The notes under the pieces were generated by a model. The model had not been told where the DNA came from. It worked only from the letters and a program-made list of their open reading frames with translations, and searched no databases. A DNA stretch of 64,000 nucleotides from an uncultured virus (IMG/VR IMGVR_UViG_3300022753_002012) (Duplodnaviria > Heunggongvirae > Uroviricota > Caudoviricetes). Numbering within the stretch: position 1 is the first letter of the stretch; each line of letters opens with the position of its first letter. The stretch lies in the IMG/VR virus record IMGVR_UViG_3300022753_002012. One strand, 5' to 3'. The translations under genes were made by a program, and so were the position numbers. Shown piece after piece: positions 62,785-64,000 of the stretch.

Positions 62785-64000
62785 TGGACTTTTTGATAAT
62801 GTTTATAACCCCGATGTGCTTTCGTGCTTAGCAAATCTTTCTAACGATGAGGTGTTTACTCCTCCCGAAGTTGTAAATCAGATGCTCGATATGCTTCCCC
62901 AGGAACTGTTCCGTAATCCTGATACCACGTTTTTAGACCCTGCTTGCAAAACAGGCGTATTCCTTCGTGAGATTGCAAAGCGTTTGATTGTCGGACTTGA
63001 ACCGCAGTTTCCGGACTTGCAAGAACGCCTTGACCATATTTTCCATAATCAACTTTATGGTATAGCTATAACGGAATTGACAAGCTGGTTATCCCGTCGC
63101 GGTGTATATTGTTCTAAATTTCCTCATAGCGAGTTTTCGGTATCCTTTTTTGACGAAGATCACCAAGACGGCAATGTAAGATTTAAGAGAATGCATCACA
63201 CATGGGATACTGCTAAACTGATGACCCTTGACGGAAAGAAACTTGGCAAGTGTATTTATTGTGGAGCAACACGTGATGAATATGACCGTGATGACGCTCT
63301 TGAAACATACGCATACGAATTTATCCACCGAAATTCCCCAGAGGAGATTTTTAATATGAAGTTTGATGTTATTATAGGTAATCCTCCATATCAATTGAGT
63401 GACGGGGGCAATGGAAAAAGTGCAAAACCCATTTATCAACTTTTTGTTGATAGAGCAATGAAGTTGAACCCTCGGTATCTTTCCATGATTATACCATCTC
63501 GTTGGTTTTCTGGTGGCAAAGGATTGGATGATTTTAGAAAGTCGATGCTTTCGGACAGAAGAATGAGAAAACTGGTTGATTATGAGAATTTCAAGGATGT
63601 TTTCCCAGGAGTAGATCTTGCAGGTGGCGCTTGTTATTTCTTGTGGGAAAAAGATTACGATGGCATGTGCGAGGTTGTGAACTTCAGTCGAGATAATCCA
63701 TCTACAATGATGCGCTATTTAGATGAAAATGATACATTTATCCGCCAAAATACCGCAATTGAAATTGTCAAAAAGATTCAGTCTCAAAGTAAAAAATACT
63801 TAAATGAACGTGTTTCGGCAAGAAAACCGTTTGGTCTTCCCACAAACTATATTCCCAAGGATAAGGGTATTCCTTGCTGGTTTATACAGCGTATTGGTTT
63901 GAGATATGCAGATCCCAGTGAAGTGGATGATTCCAACGGATTCCTCGATAAATGGAAGTTCTTAATCCCCAAATCACCAATTGCAGGACAAACAGATTTT
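62777..64000 (+). CDS. Eco57I-like adenine methyltransferase/R-M enzyme, runs off window
   Basis: Manual translation: NPDVLSCLANLSNDEVFTPP, LDPACKTGVFL, MKFDVIIGNPPYQ, IPSRWF.GGKGL. Confidence 0.88.
   Translation, partial: MANGLFDNVYNPDVLSCLANLSNDEVFTPPEVVNQMLDMLPQELFRNPDTTFLDPACKTGVFLREIAKRLIVGLEPQFPDLQERLDHIFHNQLYGIAITELTSWLSRRGVYCSKFPHSEFSVSFFDEDHQDGNVRFKRMHHTWDTAKLMTLDGKKLGKCIYCGATRDEYDRDDALETYAYEFIHRNSPEEIFNMKFDVIIGNPPYQLSDGGNGKSAKPIYQLFVDRAMKLNPRYLSMIIPSRWFSGGKGLDDFRKSMLSDRRMRKLVDYENFKDVFPGVDLAGGACYFLWEKDYDGMCEVVNFSRDNPSTMMRYLDENDTFIRQNTAIEIVKKIQSQSKKYLNERVSARKPFGLPTNYIPKDKGIPCWFIQRIGLRYADPSEVDDSNGFLDKWKFLIPKSPIAGQTDF

Noticed and set aside
1..64000. tRNA, rRNA, IS transposases, retron/RT
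   Set aside because: None recognised by eye; tRNAscan-SE and cmscan would be needed to exclude them formally

Overview
The window looks like a Clostridia-like (Bacillota) chromosome or MAG segment; this host assignment is inferred from gene families and sigma-A promoters. It is dominated by an apparently intact siphovirus-type prophage on the minus strand (about 6.8-53.4 kb). The prophage carries two large serine recombinases, lysis, tail and head genes, terminases, metK plus two DNA methyltransferases, a replication module, a sigma-like factor, dinB and an ImmR/ImmA-type switch. To its left is a translationally coupled six-gene operon: a catalytically dead resolvase domain, an atypical serine recombinase, three copies of one unknown domain (one fused to the recombinase) and two ParB-like proteins. 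To its right are an exonuclease/WYL-led string of hypothetical genes and the start of an Eco57I-like restriction-modification locus. Main observations: (1) a P4-less SAM-I riboswitch with a full promoter and terminator/antiterminator controls an unknown 102-aa prophage gene next to the metK-methyltransferase cluster; (2) a ~300-nt pseudoknotted, attenuator-like RNA lies upstream of an Asn/Gln-repeat microprotein inserted in the tail operon; (3) the recombinase/ParB operon itself; (4) an alternative-frame gene is nested in the C5 methyltransferase; (5) a stand-alone small RNA; (6) an ATPase-TOPRIM-nucleotidyltransferase candidate defence moron; (7) several repeated DNA motifs link the excision, replication and packaging regions. 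No rRNA, tRNA, CRISPR array or reverse transcriptase was seen, and att sites could not be determined. All family calls come from motif recognition by eye, not from database searches.
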